From a virus (taxonomy: Duplodnaviria; Heunggongvirae; Uroviricota; Caudoviricetes): a stretch of 37,928 nucleotides of DNA. Under the pieces are notes generated by a model that was given only the letters and a program-made list of their open reading frames with translations, searched no databases and had not been told where the DNA came from. The stretch's first letter is position 1; every line of letters begins with the position of its first letter. Where the stretch lies: IMG/VR virus record IMGVR_UViG_2703718774_000026. One strand, given 5' to 3'. This document shows, in pieces, positions 27,168 to 36,387 of the stretch. Both the position numbers and the translations under genes were made by a program.

Positions 27168-30011
27168 TCAATCTTTATCGTAAAAACTGCCACGCCCGGC
27201 ACGGGCGCGCCGTTCCATTTCTGCCCTGACCATTTCACCGACCAGTTTCGCCAGTTCGCGGGGATTCTGCGTAACAACGTTATGCAGATGAACATGAATT
27301 TCACCGCCAAATCTGGAGACAGCAGGCTCCCGATTACGGGAAGCTGCAGGAACTGATGCCACTGGCGATCGTATGGCCTCCGCCACCGGGCGGGAGCTGG
27401 CCGCAACAACAGGGACCAGCGCCGGAGGCAGCGGAGCCGGGACTACGGGTGTGATATTAATTGCGGGGGCAGGCTTACTGACCTGCGCAATCTTCCGCTC
27501 CTGCCACTCCCCACGAACAGCAAGTGCGCGGGGCAGGTTCTTAAAGACAATATCGCCAGGGCCAATGCGTTTTTTCGTCTCATCAACCAGCTTACCTGTG
27601 TTATCAGCAATTTTGCTGAGTCTGCGTAGCGTCCCGGTATTGCTGTCTGTGAGCGGTTTGTTGTCTTTGGGTTTATCACCTCCGGTGCCATTGCCATTTT
27701 CCACAGGCTTCGGCGGATTGATTTTCGCCAGGTCCCCCTGAAGTAAGGCAACCTTATCCTGAAGAATGGCCGCACGCTGTGCGTCTTCGATTTTCTTGCG
27801 CGCCCTTTCCGCTTCATCCGGAAGGACGCCAAGTTTTTCAAGTATCCACGCCAGCGTATCCAGTAGCATTTTTGCAGGTGTCAGAACAAGTTGTAACGCA
27901 CCGCCAAGAACGTTACCGAATATCTCGCCAGCACTGGTACATTTATCCAACGTTTCCTTGCTGGACTCCATCGGTGACAGCAGCGATTTAAACCAGTTAA
28001 ACACCTGGCTGATCCCGCTTCCGATTGCGTCAAAAACAGGGCCAAACCGTTCAAAGGTTTCACGCAACGGGTTCAGCCTTTCCATAATCCCGCTGAACAC
28101 CCCGGCAAAAAATGCCCTGATGGGATCCCAGTATTTCCAGATAAGGACGGCAGCTCCGGCAAGCGCAGCCACGATAAGACCAACCGGACTGAACAGCGCC
28201 CCGATAGCGCCTCCCAGTAAAGAAACGGAACCCGTCACCATTCCCCATAGTGCTGGCAGGACCCTGACAGCATTCATTGATCCGGTCAGGAGAGAAAAAC
28301 CAAGACGCAGTTTTGCCAGCGGACCAGCAAGCACACCAATAGCCAGCGACAACGAGCCAACCGTTGCAGTCATTGCCAGCAACGCACCGCCTGCTATCAG
28401 TAGCTGGCGCGTCAGTGCCGGATGGGCCTGCGCCAGCGCCGTCACCCTTGATACCACCCGCGTGAGCCACTGCGTGACAGAACGCAGCGGACCGTCAATC
28501 AGATCTGCAATGCGGATGCGCAACCCTTCCCATGCACTGCCGAGTGATTTCAGATCGCCGTCAAGGTTGTTGGCCATAACCTTTGCTGTGCGTTCAGCCT
28601 CACCGCGCGCGCCTTCAAGTTCTTTTCTCAGTTTGGGTAAGGAACCGTCACCCACTGCATCAACGAGCGCCATAAACGATGTGAAAGCCTCTTCTCCGGC
28701 AATGTCCTTAAAGAACGATACCCGGTCAACTTCCCCGTATTTGCGGGTGGCTTTATAAAGGTCGGCCAGCACATCCTCCATCGGGCGCATTTTACCCCCG
28801 GCATCCGAGACGGACACGCCCAGCTCTTTCAGAGCTTCTGCCGCCGCCTTTGGCGGTGATGCCAGACGAGCCAGGCTGGCACGCATTGCCGTCCCGGCAT
28901 CACTCCCTCTGATGCCCATATTCGCCAGCACACCAGCCATCGCTGCGGCCTGCTCCAGCGATATTCCCAGCTTACCCGCCACCGGACCTGCATATTTCAT
29001 GGTTTCGCCCAGTGCGCGAAGGTCAGTGTTGGTACGGGTAAACGCTGCGGTGAGTGTGTCACCGACCCGGTCCATCTGGTCAGCAGAAAGGCCGAACTGC
29101 GTCAGGATATTTGAGCCAATATCTGCCGTCTCGCCGAGATCCATACCGCCAGCCGTTGCCATGCTCAGCACTCCGGGAAGCGCAGCCTGAATGGCCTGCG
29201 GTGTGAAGCCTGCCATTGCAAGAAATGCCTGCCCACTGGCGGCATCGCCTGCGGTGAACTGCGTTTCAGAGCCAAGTTTTAACGCCTGCTCACGCAGCGC
29301 CTTAAACTGCGGGCTGTTCTGGTCGATTCGCGTCAGCGCCTGAACGCGGGACATCTCTTTGCCGAACCCGATCGCGGGCTGCAAAAAACGCCCGGCAGCA
29401 TAGCCGCCCGCCGCTGCCGCACCAATTGCCAGCGCACCACCTGTTTTCAGTTTTCCCGCGGTTTCCTGCGCGCGCGAATACCACTTACGCGCCCGCGTTA
29501 CACGCGCAAGCGCCTGCCGTTCGCGTTCAAGCTGGTTGTTGTACTGTTCGGTGCGTCTGATGGCCTGCTGGATGGTGTTATCGCTGCCTGTCAGGGAAAT
29601 GCCGTGGCGTTTCAGCTCTCCGCCAAGCTCCCGCATTTTCTGAATTTCCCGTGTGCGCGATTCATTCAGGCGTTCAAGCCGGGTGCTTAACTGCTGCATC
29701 AGCTTTTGTTGTTTTTCGCTGAGCACTGTACCCGTGCGTTGTAACTGATTAAGGGCGTTAAGCTGGCGTCGTGCTTTCACGATACCCGCATCCGCTTTAC
29801 TGACAGCGTCGCGGGCGCGCTCAAATGAACGAGCCTGACGCTCGAGATTTTTAATCGCCCCCTGCGTTCGCTGGATGGAGTCACCAAACTGCCCCATCAG
29901 GCGGCGGGCGTTTTCGGCAGGCCGGGTCAGCCTGTCAACGGCGCTGAAAGCGACCCGGATATCAAGAGTCTTCATTGTCTGCATTCCCGCTGCGAAGTGC
30001 CGCCCGCTCAC
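27168..30011 (-). CDS. T: Tail tape measure protein (P2 gpT-like), 947 aa
   Basis: Long coiled-coil N-terminal region and Gly/Ala-rich transmembrane-like segments; located between E/E' and U. Confidence 0.9.
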   Translation of the reverse strand: MSGRHFAAGMQTMKTLDIRVAFSAVDRLTRPAENARRLMGQFGDSIQRTQGAIKNLERQARSFERARDAVSKADAGIVKARRQLNALNQLQRTGTVLSEKQQKLMQQLSTRLERLNESRTREIQKMRELGGELKRHGISLTGSDNTIQQAIRRTEQYNNQLERERQALARVTRARKWYSRAQETAGKLKTGGALAIGAAAAGGYAAGRFLQPAIGFGKEMSRVQALTRIDQNSPQFKALREQALKLGSETQFTAGDAASGQAFLAMAGFTPQAIQAALPGVLSMATAGGMDLGETADIGSNILTQFGLSADQMDRVGDTLTAAFTRTNTDLRALGETMKYAGPVAGKLGISLEQAAAMAGVLANMGIRGSDAGTAMRASLARLASPPKAAAEALKELGVSVSDAGGKMRPMEDVLADLYKATRKYGEVDRVSFFKDIAGEEAFTSFMALVDAVGDGSLPKLRKELEGARGEAERTAKVMANNLDGDLKSLGSAWEGLRIRIADLIDGPLRSVTQWLTRVVSRVTALAQAHPALTRQLLIAGGALLAMTATVGSLSLAIGVLAGPLAKLRLGFSLLTGSMNAVRVLPALWGMVTGSVSLLGGAIGALFSPVGLIVAALAGAAVLIWKYWDPIRAFFAGVFSGIMERLNPLRETFERFGPVFDAIGSGISQVFNWFKSLLSPMESSKETLDKCTSAGEIFGNVLGGALQLVLTPAKMLLDTLAWILEKLGVLPDEAERARKKIEDAQRAAILQDKVALLQGDLAKINPPKPVENGNGTGGDKPKDNKPLTDSNTGTLRRLSKIADNTGKLVDETKKRIGPGDIVFKNLPRALAVRGEWQERKIAQVSKPAPAINITPVVPAPLPPALVPVVAASSRPVAEAIRSPVASVPAASRNREPAVSRFGGEIHVHLHNVVTQNPRELAKLVGEMVRAEMERRARAGRGSFYDKD

Positions 30012-30198
30012 GCCAGCTAACCACTTCGCCGGGCGTCATCATGAAGATTTCGGCGGGCGACCAGTTAAAAATAACGGCAATATCTGCCACAAAGTCTTCT
30101 ATGTGCTCAAAGCACACAACCGTGATCAGGCTTCCGTCGCCTGTTCGTTCTTCCCGCCAGAGTCCGCACCGCTCAAAAAATTTACGGCAACCACACAT
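29962..30198 (-). CDS. E' reading frame: -1 frameshift extension of the tail chaperone (E+E')
   Basis: Slippery heptamer TTTTTTG on the minus strand (30174-30180, seen as CAAAAAA on the plus strand) in the last 20 codons of E; the -1 frame stays open and overlaps the T start, the P2 E/E' architecture. Confidence 0.7.
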   Translation of the reverse strand: MCGCRKFFERCGLWREERTGDGSLITVVCFEHIEDFVADIAVIFNWSPAEIFMMTPGEVVSWRERAALRSGNADNEDS

Positions 30199-30491
30199 AA
30201 CTGAATAAAGTCACGGGATGCCATTTTTTTGATCGTCACTTCATCCAGTCGCGGTGATGTCACGCGTGACAGCAGCGTAAACATGGATTCCGCTTTCAGA
30301 TTCAGCACATCAGACAGCGACAAATCTCGCAGAGATCCAGCCTGCTCAATAGCCCCGGTGATCTCCACATACGTGATTTTTTCGCCGCCTCGCTCAATTG
30401 GTTGGGTAAGTTTTACACCACGCTCACTGGTTTCTTTCACAGTGTCAGCAACTACCGTGTTTTCGGTATCGATGTTTTTCGTCTCTTTCAT
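30126..30491 (-). CDS. E: Tail assembly chaperone E (P2 gpE-like), 121 aa
   Basis: Position between FII and T; contains the slippery site. Confidence 0.8.
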   Translation of the reverse strand: MKETKNIDTENTVVADTVKETSERGVKLTQPIERGGEKITYVEITGAIEQAGSLRDLSLSDVLNLKAESMFTLLSRVTSPRLDEVTIKKMASRDFIQLCVVAVNFLSGADSGGKNEQATEA

Positions 30492-30545
30492 CAGGAAACT
30501 CCTTTCAGTCAGAGGCGACGCACTGCGCCGCCTGCATATTACTTA

Positions 30546-31058
30546 TCAGCCAAGCCCGAGCGCGGAACGGATGCGATCGGGCACAATGTCCTTGCCGTCC
30601 TTCCGGTAAATGAAGTTCAGCAGGTCAATCTCCCACAACGGGCGATCGTTAACACTCAGCTTGTAGTAGGTGTTTTTAATGGCGTAAGTGTGTGATGTGG
30701 CTTCGCCCTGTTTGGCTTCCCCCATATCAATTTCCGTCACACGTCCGCGCATTTCGACTTCATACAGGTCGCTTTCTGCATCGGTGTAATATTCACCCGC
30801 AAAACGCAGCAGCGTGCCGTCAATCGTGCCGCCATACTTAAGGAACAGCTCACGAACTGCGCCCCCCATGACAAAGCTCGCATCAAGCGCGGAGTCGTCC
30901 AGACCGAGATCAATACTTACCGCACCCATCATGCCACCACCCCGGTAGCTGTCGGTTTTGCGCGTCAGCTTAGGCAGAGTGACGGACGTCACCTTACCCA
31001 CTTCGTTTTCACCATCCACAAACAGCGTAAAAAAGCGAAGATGTTTTGGTACAGCCAT
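30546..31058 (-). CDS. FII: Major tail tube protein (P2 gpFII-like), 170 aa
   Basis: Size and position immediately after the sheath gene. Confidence 0.9.
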   Translation of the reverse strand: MAVPKHLRFFTLFVDGENEVGKVTSVTLPKLTRKTDSYRGGGMMGAVSIDLGLDDSALDASFVMGGAVRELFLKYGGTIDGTLLRFAGEYYTDAESDLYEVEMRGRVTEIDMGEAKQGEATSHTYAIKNTYYKLSVNDRPLWEIDLLNFIYRKDGKDIVPDRIRSALGLG

Positions 31059-32242
31059 CAGGCACCTCCCAGCACCGCAAATGCGGGTTCAAAGTATTCA
31101 TCAGTAAACGTCTGGTAAAGCTCCATGTCTTCCAGTGGCGGAACGGGCGTATATTTGTAGCGAATACGCACACGCCCCTGACGTAAATCCGTGGTGCTGT
31201 TATCCACCACGTCATACCAGCACTCCGCGCCAATCAGTTTCCCGGCAGTAACCAGCGAATCCAGTTTTGCCCTGATGGCACTGATAACATCCTTCACGTT
31301 CGCAGGCGTCAGTGGACTGTCGATGGTTTCAAACTGCGCTTCCGCAATTGAATCAGCCAGCACCTGTGCGGTTCGGGTATACACCTCAAAGATGTAGGCG
31401 TTCGTTTCCGGTGTGCGGTTGCCCCAGAAGCGGAACCCGTTGCGACGAATAATGGTCGTGATTTCTTTGTTGTTGAGGCTGTTGGCATCACTGTCTTCGG
31501 CCTGCAACGACCAGAAAACATGCCTGGACATCCCCAGCACATTTTTAACAGGAACGTTGGACAGCGATTTGTGCCAGCCCTGCTCATGGTCAATGTACGC
31601 ACGAAGGCCGCACGCATAGGCAGGCGCGGGGAACGTTTCGTTTTTGCCACTTTTCGGGTTGTAGGCGATGAAGTCCGGCCATAAGAGCATCACCTCACGT
31701 TCGTTGAATTTCTGGCGGTAGGTAATTGCCTCAGCCATCGTGTTACAGTCATGACATGAGGCATACACAAACGCGCGCAGTTTACCCGCAATCACGCACA
31801 GGGATTTTGTCACCGCCTCCGTGTCCAGCTCCGGCGCGGCCAGAATACGCGGACGGTATCCGATGCTTTCATCCTGCTCTGCAACAAGCAGCGCATACAT
31901 CCCCGTATAGCTGCCGTCAGATTCAGAACCACCGATAACCAGTTGATCCTGCGTCTTACCGCCTTCTTCTTTGTGTTCAGCCACGCGAACGACGATCACT
32001 TTTGTGCTCACCTGGTCTGCAATAGCCTTAAGCGCACGATAAAGCGTCCCCGTAGTCCCGCATTTTCCCAGCACGTCATTGACGCGGGTCAGCAGTGTGG
32101 GCTTGTTCAGCGGGAACAGCTCCGCGTCCGCATCATCCGCCGTTGCCACGATACCGATAACACTGGAATCAACATCATTAATCGCTGTTACCAGGTCGGT
32201 ACTTTCCGTAACACGGGCACCATGAAAACGAGTTTCACTCAT
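31058..32242 (-). CDS. FI: Tail sheath protein (P2 gpFI-like), 394 aa
   Basis: Blocks FPLNKP, LRAF, WPDF, IDHEQGWHKSLSNV, IRRNGFRFWGNRT, YTRTAQV, YKYTPVPPLE match P2 FI as recalled from memory. Confidence 0.9.
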   Translation of the reverse strand: MSETRFHGARVTESTDLVTAINDVDSSVIGIVATADDADAELFPLNKPTLLTRVNDVLGKCGTTGTLYRALKAIADQVSTKVIVVRVAEHKEEGGKTQDQLVIGGSESDGSYTGMYALLVAEQDESIGYRPRILAAPELDTEAVTKSLCVIAGKLRAFVYASCHDCNTMAEAITYRQKFNEREVMLLWPDFIAYNPKSGKNETFPAPAYACGLRAYIDHEQGWHKSLSNVPVKNVLGMSRHVFWSLQAEDSDANSLNNKEITTIIRRNGFRFWGNRTPETNAYIFEVYTRTAQVLADSIAEAQFETIDSPLTPANVKDVISAIRAKLDSLVTAGKLIGAECWYDVVDNSTTDLRQGRVRIRYKYTPVPPLEDMELYQTFTDEYFEPAFAVLGGA

Positions 32243-32399
32243 AGCTTCAGCCCCTTGTATCCGTTAAATGATTCGGCAACAATCATCACCCACCACGCGC
32301 GTAATCTCACCCCTGCGCCGTTCTCCCGCCACGGCGACAACAAAAAGCAGTAACCCCCTATGCACGCACATGCGACCATGCCGCACAGGGAGGGAACAG

Positions 32400-33500
32400 A
32401 TGACCGATACCACCATGCAATTGCTCAGTCAGAGCACAGACCCCGTGAAAATGCCGGATTTTGATATTCTCGCGGAGGGGGAAACACTGTCCGGCGTGGC
32501 AGAGCGCCTGATGAGCCTGTCACTGACCGACAACCGGGGATTTGAAGCGGACCTGCTCACCATCACGCTGGATGATGCGGATGGTCAGTTGCAGCTACCG
32601 CCACGGGGCGCGCGCCTGACGGTTCTCATTGGCTGGAAAGGAGAACCGCTGACAGAAAAAGGCACTTACATTGTTGATGAAATCGCTCACGAAGGACCGC
32701 CGGACAGGCTGACTGTTTCAGCCAGAAGCGCAGATTTTCGGGATGAATTTAACGTTAAACGTGAGGTGTCCTGGCATGATGTGACCGTTGAGCGCGTGGT
32801 ATCCGCCATCGCTCATCGGTACGGTCTGAAACCACAAATCAGCGAAATGCTGATGGATATTGAAATCGACCACGCCGACCAGACCGAAGAAAGCGACATG
32901 TCCTTCCTTACGCGCATGGCGGAAATGCTGGGCGCAATCACTACGGTAAAAAGCAGTAATCTGTTATTCATCATGCCAGGCGGTGGCGTGAACGCACAGG
33001 GCCAGCCGTTGCCATCGTTCGCCATCACGCGCAGCAGTGGCGATCGCCATCAGTTCCGCATTGCTGACCGCGAAGCGTATACGGGGGTACGTGCTTACTG
33101 GCTTGATCTTAATTACGGGAAAAAGAAAAAAGTCAGCGTGAAACGCCGCAAACCGAAAAAGGAGAAAAGCAGCAGCCGTGAAGGTGACTATATGGAAGGT
33201 GCGGAAGGCAACGTGTTTGTGTTACGCAAGACTTATCAGAACGAGCAGGCAGCAAGACGTGCAGCGGCGGCAAAGTGGCAGCAGCTACAACGCGGAGCCG
33301 CATCATTCTCCATCACGCTGGCGCGTGGACGCGCAGAACTCTATCCCGAAATGCATGGCACGGTGACAGGCTTCAAAAGTGACATCGATAATCAGGACTG
33401 GATTATTGCAAAAGCCGAGCACACCATTGATAACAGCGGCTTTACCACACAGCTTGAGCTTGAAGCAAAAATCCCGGAATGGATAGCAGAAACAGAATGA
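32400..33500 (+). CDS. D: Tail protein D (P2 gpD-like), 366 aa
   Basis: LTDNRGFEAD, ARSADFR, KREVSWHD, DQTEESDMSFLTRMAE, ITRSSGDRHQFRIADREAYTGV, FSITLARGRAELY, GFKSDIDNQDWIIAKAEHTIDNSGFTTQLELE match P2 D as recalled from memory; ATG at 32400 after GGGAGGG. Confidence 0.9.
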   Translation: MTDTTMQLLSQSTDPVKMPDFDILAEGETLSGVAERLMSLSLTDNRGFEADLLTITLDDADGQLQLPPRGARLTVLIGWKGEPLTEKGTYIVDEIAHEGPPDRLTVSARSADFRDEFNVKREVSWHDVTVERVVSAIAHRYGLKPQISEMLMDIEIDHADQTEESDMSFLTRMAEMLGAITTVKSSNLLFIMPGGGVNAQGQPLPSFAITRSSGDRHQFRIADREAYTGVRAYWLDLNYGKKKKVSVKRRKPKKEKSSSREGDYMEGAEGNVFVLRKTYQNEQAARRAAAAKWQQLQRGAASFSITLARGRAELYPEMHGTVTGFKSDIDNQDWIIAKAEHTIDNSGFTTQLELEAKIPEWIAETE

Positions 33501-33899
33501 GCAAATTAGATGTATTGACTCAAACCAGAACTGACACACTCACAGCACAGTGCCAGACCCAATCTGGCAGCCCGCTTTGTGCCTAGAGCAGGTGTTGCTT
33601 ATGTAACAGTTAATCCACGGATAGTGGTCATGAATGCTGGTTGAAGTTGTATTGCCATGAGTGGTCAATTAGGGACTCACTTATTATCGCGTGCTCACCA
33701 TTGATGGGTAAGATCATGCATTTCGGCTACTGTACTTCGCGAATCCTCCGCACACAGGCAACACCTGATTTAAGAACAGAGGGAGATGATGACGCAAGGA
33801 AGATTTATTATCGTGCATGTGGCAGATGATCTTTTAGCTGCCGGAGTGATAAATTACACCTATTTTCGATAAGTGTTTTTGTTATAGAACATTAATTTC

Positions 33900-35039
33900 G
33901 TGGGAAACAATAAAGTGAAATTAGGAAGAAATGATAAGTGCTGGTGTAATTCAGGACTTAAGTATAAAAAGTGCCATCTTGGTCGAGATCGTGAAACTCC
34001 GGTATCCAAAGCCGAGGCACTGAAATTTTCAAAGTCTCTCTCGCAGAGAAAGGCATGTTATGCGCCAGCATCCATGCACGAAGATTGTGATAAACGCATC
34101 GTTCAGGCGCATACGATATCTAAGAGCAGTAGCCTTAAGGCGATCGCCGACTCCAGCAATCACGTCATGGGGGTGATAATGAACTTAGCAAGCCTGATGA
34201 GAAACAACGGAAAATGGCTTCCCGAGAAGATCGGTATCAATCAGGCATCCACTTTTACAGGATTTTGTGCAGTTCATGACAGAATCTTATTTTCATGCCT
34301 AGAGAACGAAAAATTTACAGGCACGGACGAGCAGTGCTTTGCCTTAATGTTTCGTTCATTGTCTAAAGAAATTTATGCCAAAGAAGGGGGAGTGCTATCT
34401 TCTGATTTTGCTAAAAATGCCGATAAAGGAAAGCTACAAGTTGAACAGTATTATATTCAGAAATTAATCGACCAGCACCAAAGTGGCTTAAATGCAGCAA
34501 TAATTGAATTAAATAATCTTAAAACTAGCCTCGACCGCATCCTACTTAGCAGGCAATTTTCAGAAATTGAAAGTGTTATCTTCACTTTTGCAGAGCCTTT
34601 ACCAATTGTAGTTTCGTCAATTCTTTCACCGGAGAGGGATTTCGATGGGACCAAAATTCAGGATTTGAGCGATCTTACAGTGTCGGCGGAACAAGTATGT
34701 TTCAATGCTTTTTCCTGCGGAGGTAAGGGATATGTAGTGTTCAGTTGGCTGAGAACTTCAACAATTATCAGACGTTTTATACGGACACTAATTAAGATCC
34801 CAGCTAACAGGATGTTCAATACCCTTCTGTATTTTTTCTTCACAAAGGCCGAAAATACATATTCATCCCCTGAGTGGTGGGACAGGCTCAGTGATAAACA
34901 GCGAGAGAATATCGGCAACATGATTATGTCAGGGGTTGAATTTTTTGGCAGACCTACATCACAGGTTGATCATTCCGTTGATTATAACGCCGCTGCACTT
35001 GAAGAGATAACATGCAGCAACAACGAAATTTGCAGCTGA
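33900..35039 (+). CDS. SEC-C-motif protein of unknown function, 379 aa
   Basis: N-terminal CWCNSGLKYKKCH is a SecA C-terminal-type zinc motif; rest unrecognised; GTG start; AT-rich; inserted between D and ogr. Confidence 0.6.
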   Translation: MGNNKVKLGRNDKCWCNSGLKYKKCHLGRDRETPVSKAEALKFSKSLSQRKACYAPASMHEDCDKRIVQAHTISKSSSLKAIADSSNHVMGVIMNLASLMRNNGKWLPEKIGINQASTFTGFCAVHDRILFSCLENEKFTGTDEQCFALMFRSLSKEIYAKEGGVLSSDFAKNADKGKLQVEQYYIQKLIDQHQSGLNAAIIELNNLKTSLDRILLSRQFSEIESVIFTFAEPLPIVVSSILSPERDFDGTKIQDLSDLTVSAEQVCFNAFSCGGKGYVVFSWLRTSTIIRRFIRTLIKIPANRMFNTLLYFFFTKAENTYSSPEWWDRLSDKQRENIGNMIMSGVEFFGRPTSQVDHSVDYNAAALEEITCSNNEICS

Positions 35040-35325
35040 ATGTTTACATGCTGTTAGAAAAAGCGGGCTGAACAATCATTTCGGGATTGTAACAGATAAG
35101 ATGGCACTGCCCGCTTGCTTCCCGATATGCTCAGCCAATAAACTTATGTAAGCAACCGATTTCCATTTATGCGGAGGTTATCAAAGTTGTTGGAGTTGCG
35201 AACTTCCGCTCTTCGCACAAAGCGTACCGCTAGGTTTGATTGTATTCTGGCTGCGCAAACTGTCAGTTGGAGTCTGAGCTATTACAACTTAGAATAGCGG
35301 CAGCACCACGTTAAGGGAGGTCGCT

Positions 35326-35586
35326 ATGTTCCGTTGTCCGCTTTGTGGCGCATCTGCCCGAATCCGCACCAGTCGTCCGGAAAACGATTCAAACACTGTG
35401 CGGCAAAAGTATTACCAGTGTAACAACCTGGAATGCGGCGTATGCTTCTCAACACTGGAAGCTTTCCATAAATTCACATCAAAACACGCCTCCGGCGTTC
35501 ACTCTTCGGAAGGTATCCCGTGGCATGAGCTGCCAGCTTCACACAGGGGAAACAATCAGATGAGTTTGCCTTTACCTCAGAATTAA
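35326..35586 (+). CDS. ogr: Ogr/Delta-family zinc-finger late-gene activator, 86 aa
   Basis: MFRCPLCGASARIRTSR...YYQCNNLECG parallels P2 Ogr (MFHCPLCQHAAHARTSR...YHQCQNVNC, recalled from memory); RBS AAGGGAGG. Confidence 0.85.
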   Translation: MFRCPLCGASARIRTSRPENDSNTVRQKYYQCNNLECGVCFSTLEAFHKFTSKHASGVHSSEGIPWHELPASHRGNNQMSLPLPQN

Positions 35587-35776
35587 CAGGCAGAATTGCC
35601 GGAGTAACAAAAAAACGATAGATTACCCGCGGGTGCCTTTCGGCTGATGGTCGGAGGAATACCCGAAGGCCGGATGTGGAAAGGCCCCGGAAAACATTTC
35701 TGTTTAACCGAGGCCCTAACATATCTACCTTAAGCAAGTGATAGGTTAGCGCCTCTCCAACAAAGGAGCAAGCGCT

Positions 35777-35917
35777 ATGTCGCAAAAATCGCTTACAGCC
35801 ATCACGTTCTGCGTGACGGTAATCCTCATCATCTGGATGCTACGCGGTTCGCTGTGTGAAATACGGATGAGCTTCTGGGGAGCGGAGTTTGCGGCGTTCT
35901 TACAGTGTAAGCAGTAA
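35777..35917 (+). CDS. Hok/Gef-family type I toxin-like peptide, 46 aa
   Basis: Hand-translated MSQKSLTAITFCVTVILIIWMLRGSLCEIRMSFWGAEFAAFLQCKQ: one transmembrane helix then R.SLCEIR and EFAAF, resembling Hok (RKSLCEIRY...EVAAF, recalled from memory); RBS AAAGGAG. Confidence 0.55.
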   Translation: MSQKSLTAITFCVTVILIIWMLRGSLCEIRMSFWGAEFAAFLQCKQ

Positions 35918-36005
35918 GGAAACCGCGACGGGGGAGCAATCCCCCGTCAATCGGTTGCTAAGGTTGGCTGAAGTGGCACCCTATCTCACAGACATGAACA
36001 ACAAA

Positions 36006-36037
36006 CCCGCAGCGTAAGAACTGCGGGTTTTCTTTTT
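36006..36037 (+). terminator. Rho-independent terminator downstream of the hok-like ORF
   Basis: Stem CCCGCAG/CTGCGGG with an 8-nt loop, followed by TTTTCTTTTT. Confidence 0.65.
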
Positions 36038-36105
36038 GGAACAATCACTAGCTAGTGTACCGTTAACGGCACATAATGCTCGCACAACAAACCTGTTAAA
36101 AGAGA

Positions 36106-36387
36106 TTACTCAGCATTCTCCTGCTTCCATTGCCGGATCATTTCATCGGTAACATCACCCTCATAACATACCACGTCATACCCTCCATTACGGCTATATG
36201 CACTGCGTCCACCACATCTACTACCATTCCTTGCATGATTATAAGGACACGCACAATTGCCTGGATAAGATTCAATGGATTCTTTAATTATTTCTTTTTT
36301 GATCTGAGCATCAGACTTTCCTGTTGCTGCATATCCACTAAAAGATACTAAACAAAGGCAGATTGCCATTAATAAACCACATCGCAT
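36106..36387 (-). CDS. Small Cys-rich secreted protein, about 93 aa
   Basis: Internal start giving signal-peptide-like MRCGLLMAICLCLVSFSGYAA; mature part has five Cys (GNCACPYNH...RCGG...VVCYEG); AT-rich; the start choice is uncertain. Confidence 0.45.
   Translation of the reverse strand: MRCGLLMAICLCLVSFSGYAATGKSDAQIKKEIIKESIESYPGNCACPYNHARNGSRCGGRSAYSRNGGYDVVCYEGDVTDEMIRQWKQENAE

Noticed and set aside
27766-28758. 330-aa ORF on the plus strand, plus other plus-strand ORFs at 27373-27741 and 28912-29190
   Set aside because: Antisense to the tape measure gene; Ser/Ala/Pro-rich translation typical of the reverse frame of Gly/Ala-rich coding sequence.
26637-32256. Short shared words CGTTAAAT and CAGCCCCTT at both ends of the inverted tail block as recombination sites
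   Set aside because: They are in direct rather than inverted orientation and are 8-9 bp, a length expected by chance; they cannot explain an inversion, so they are mentioned only as a note in the inversion finding.
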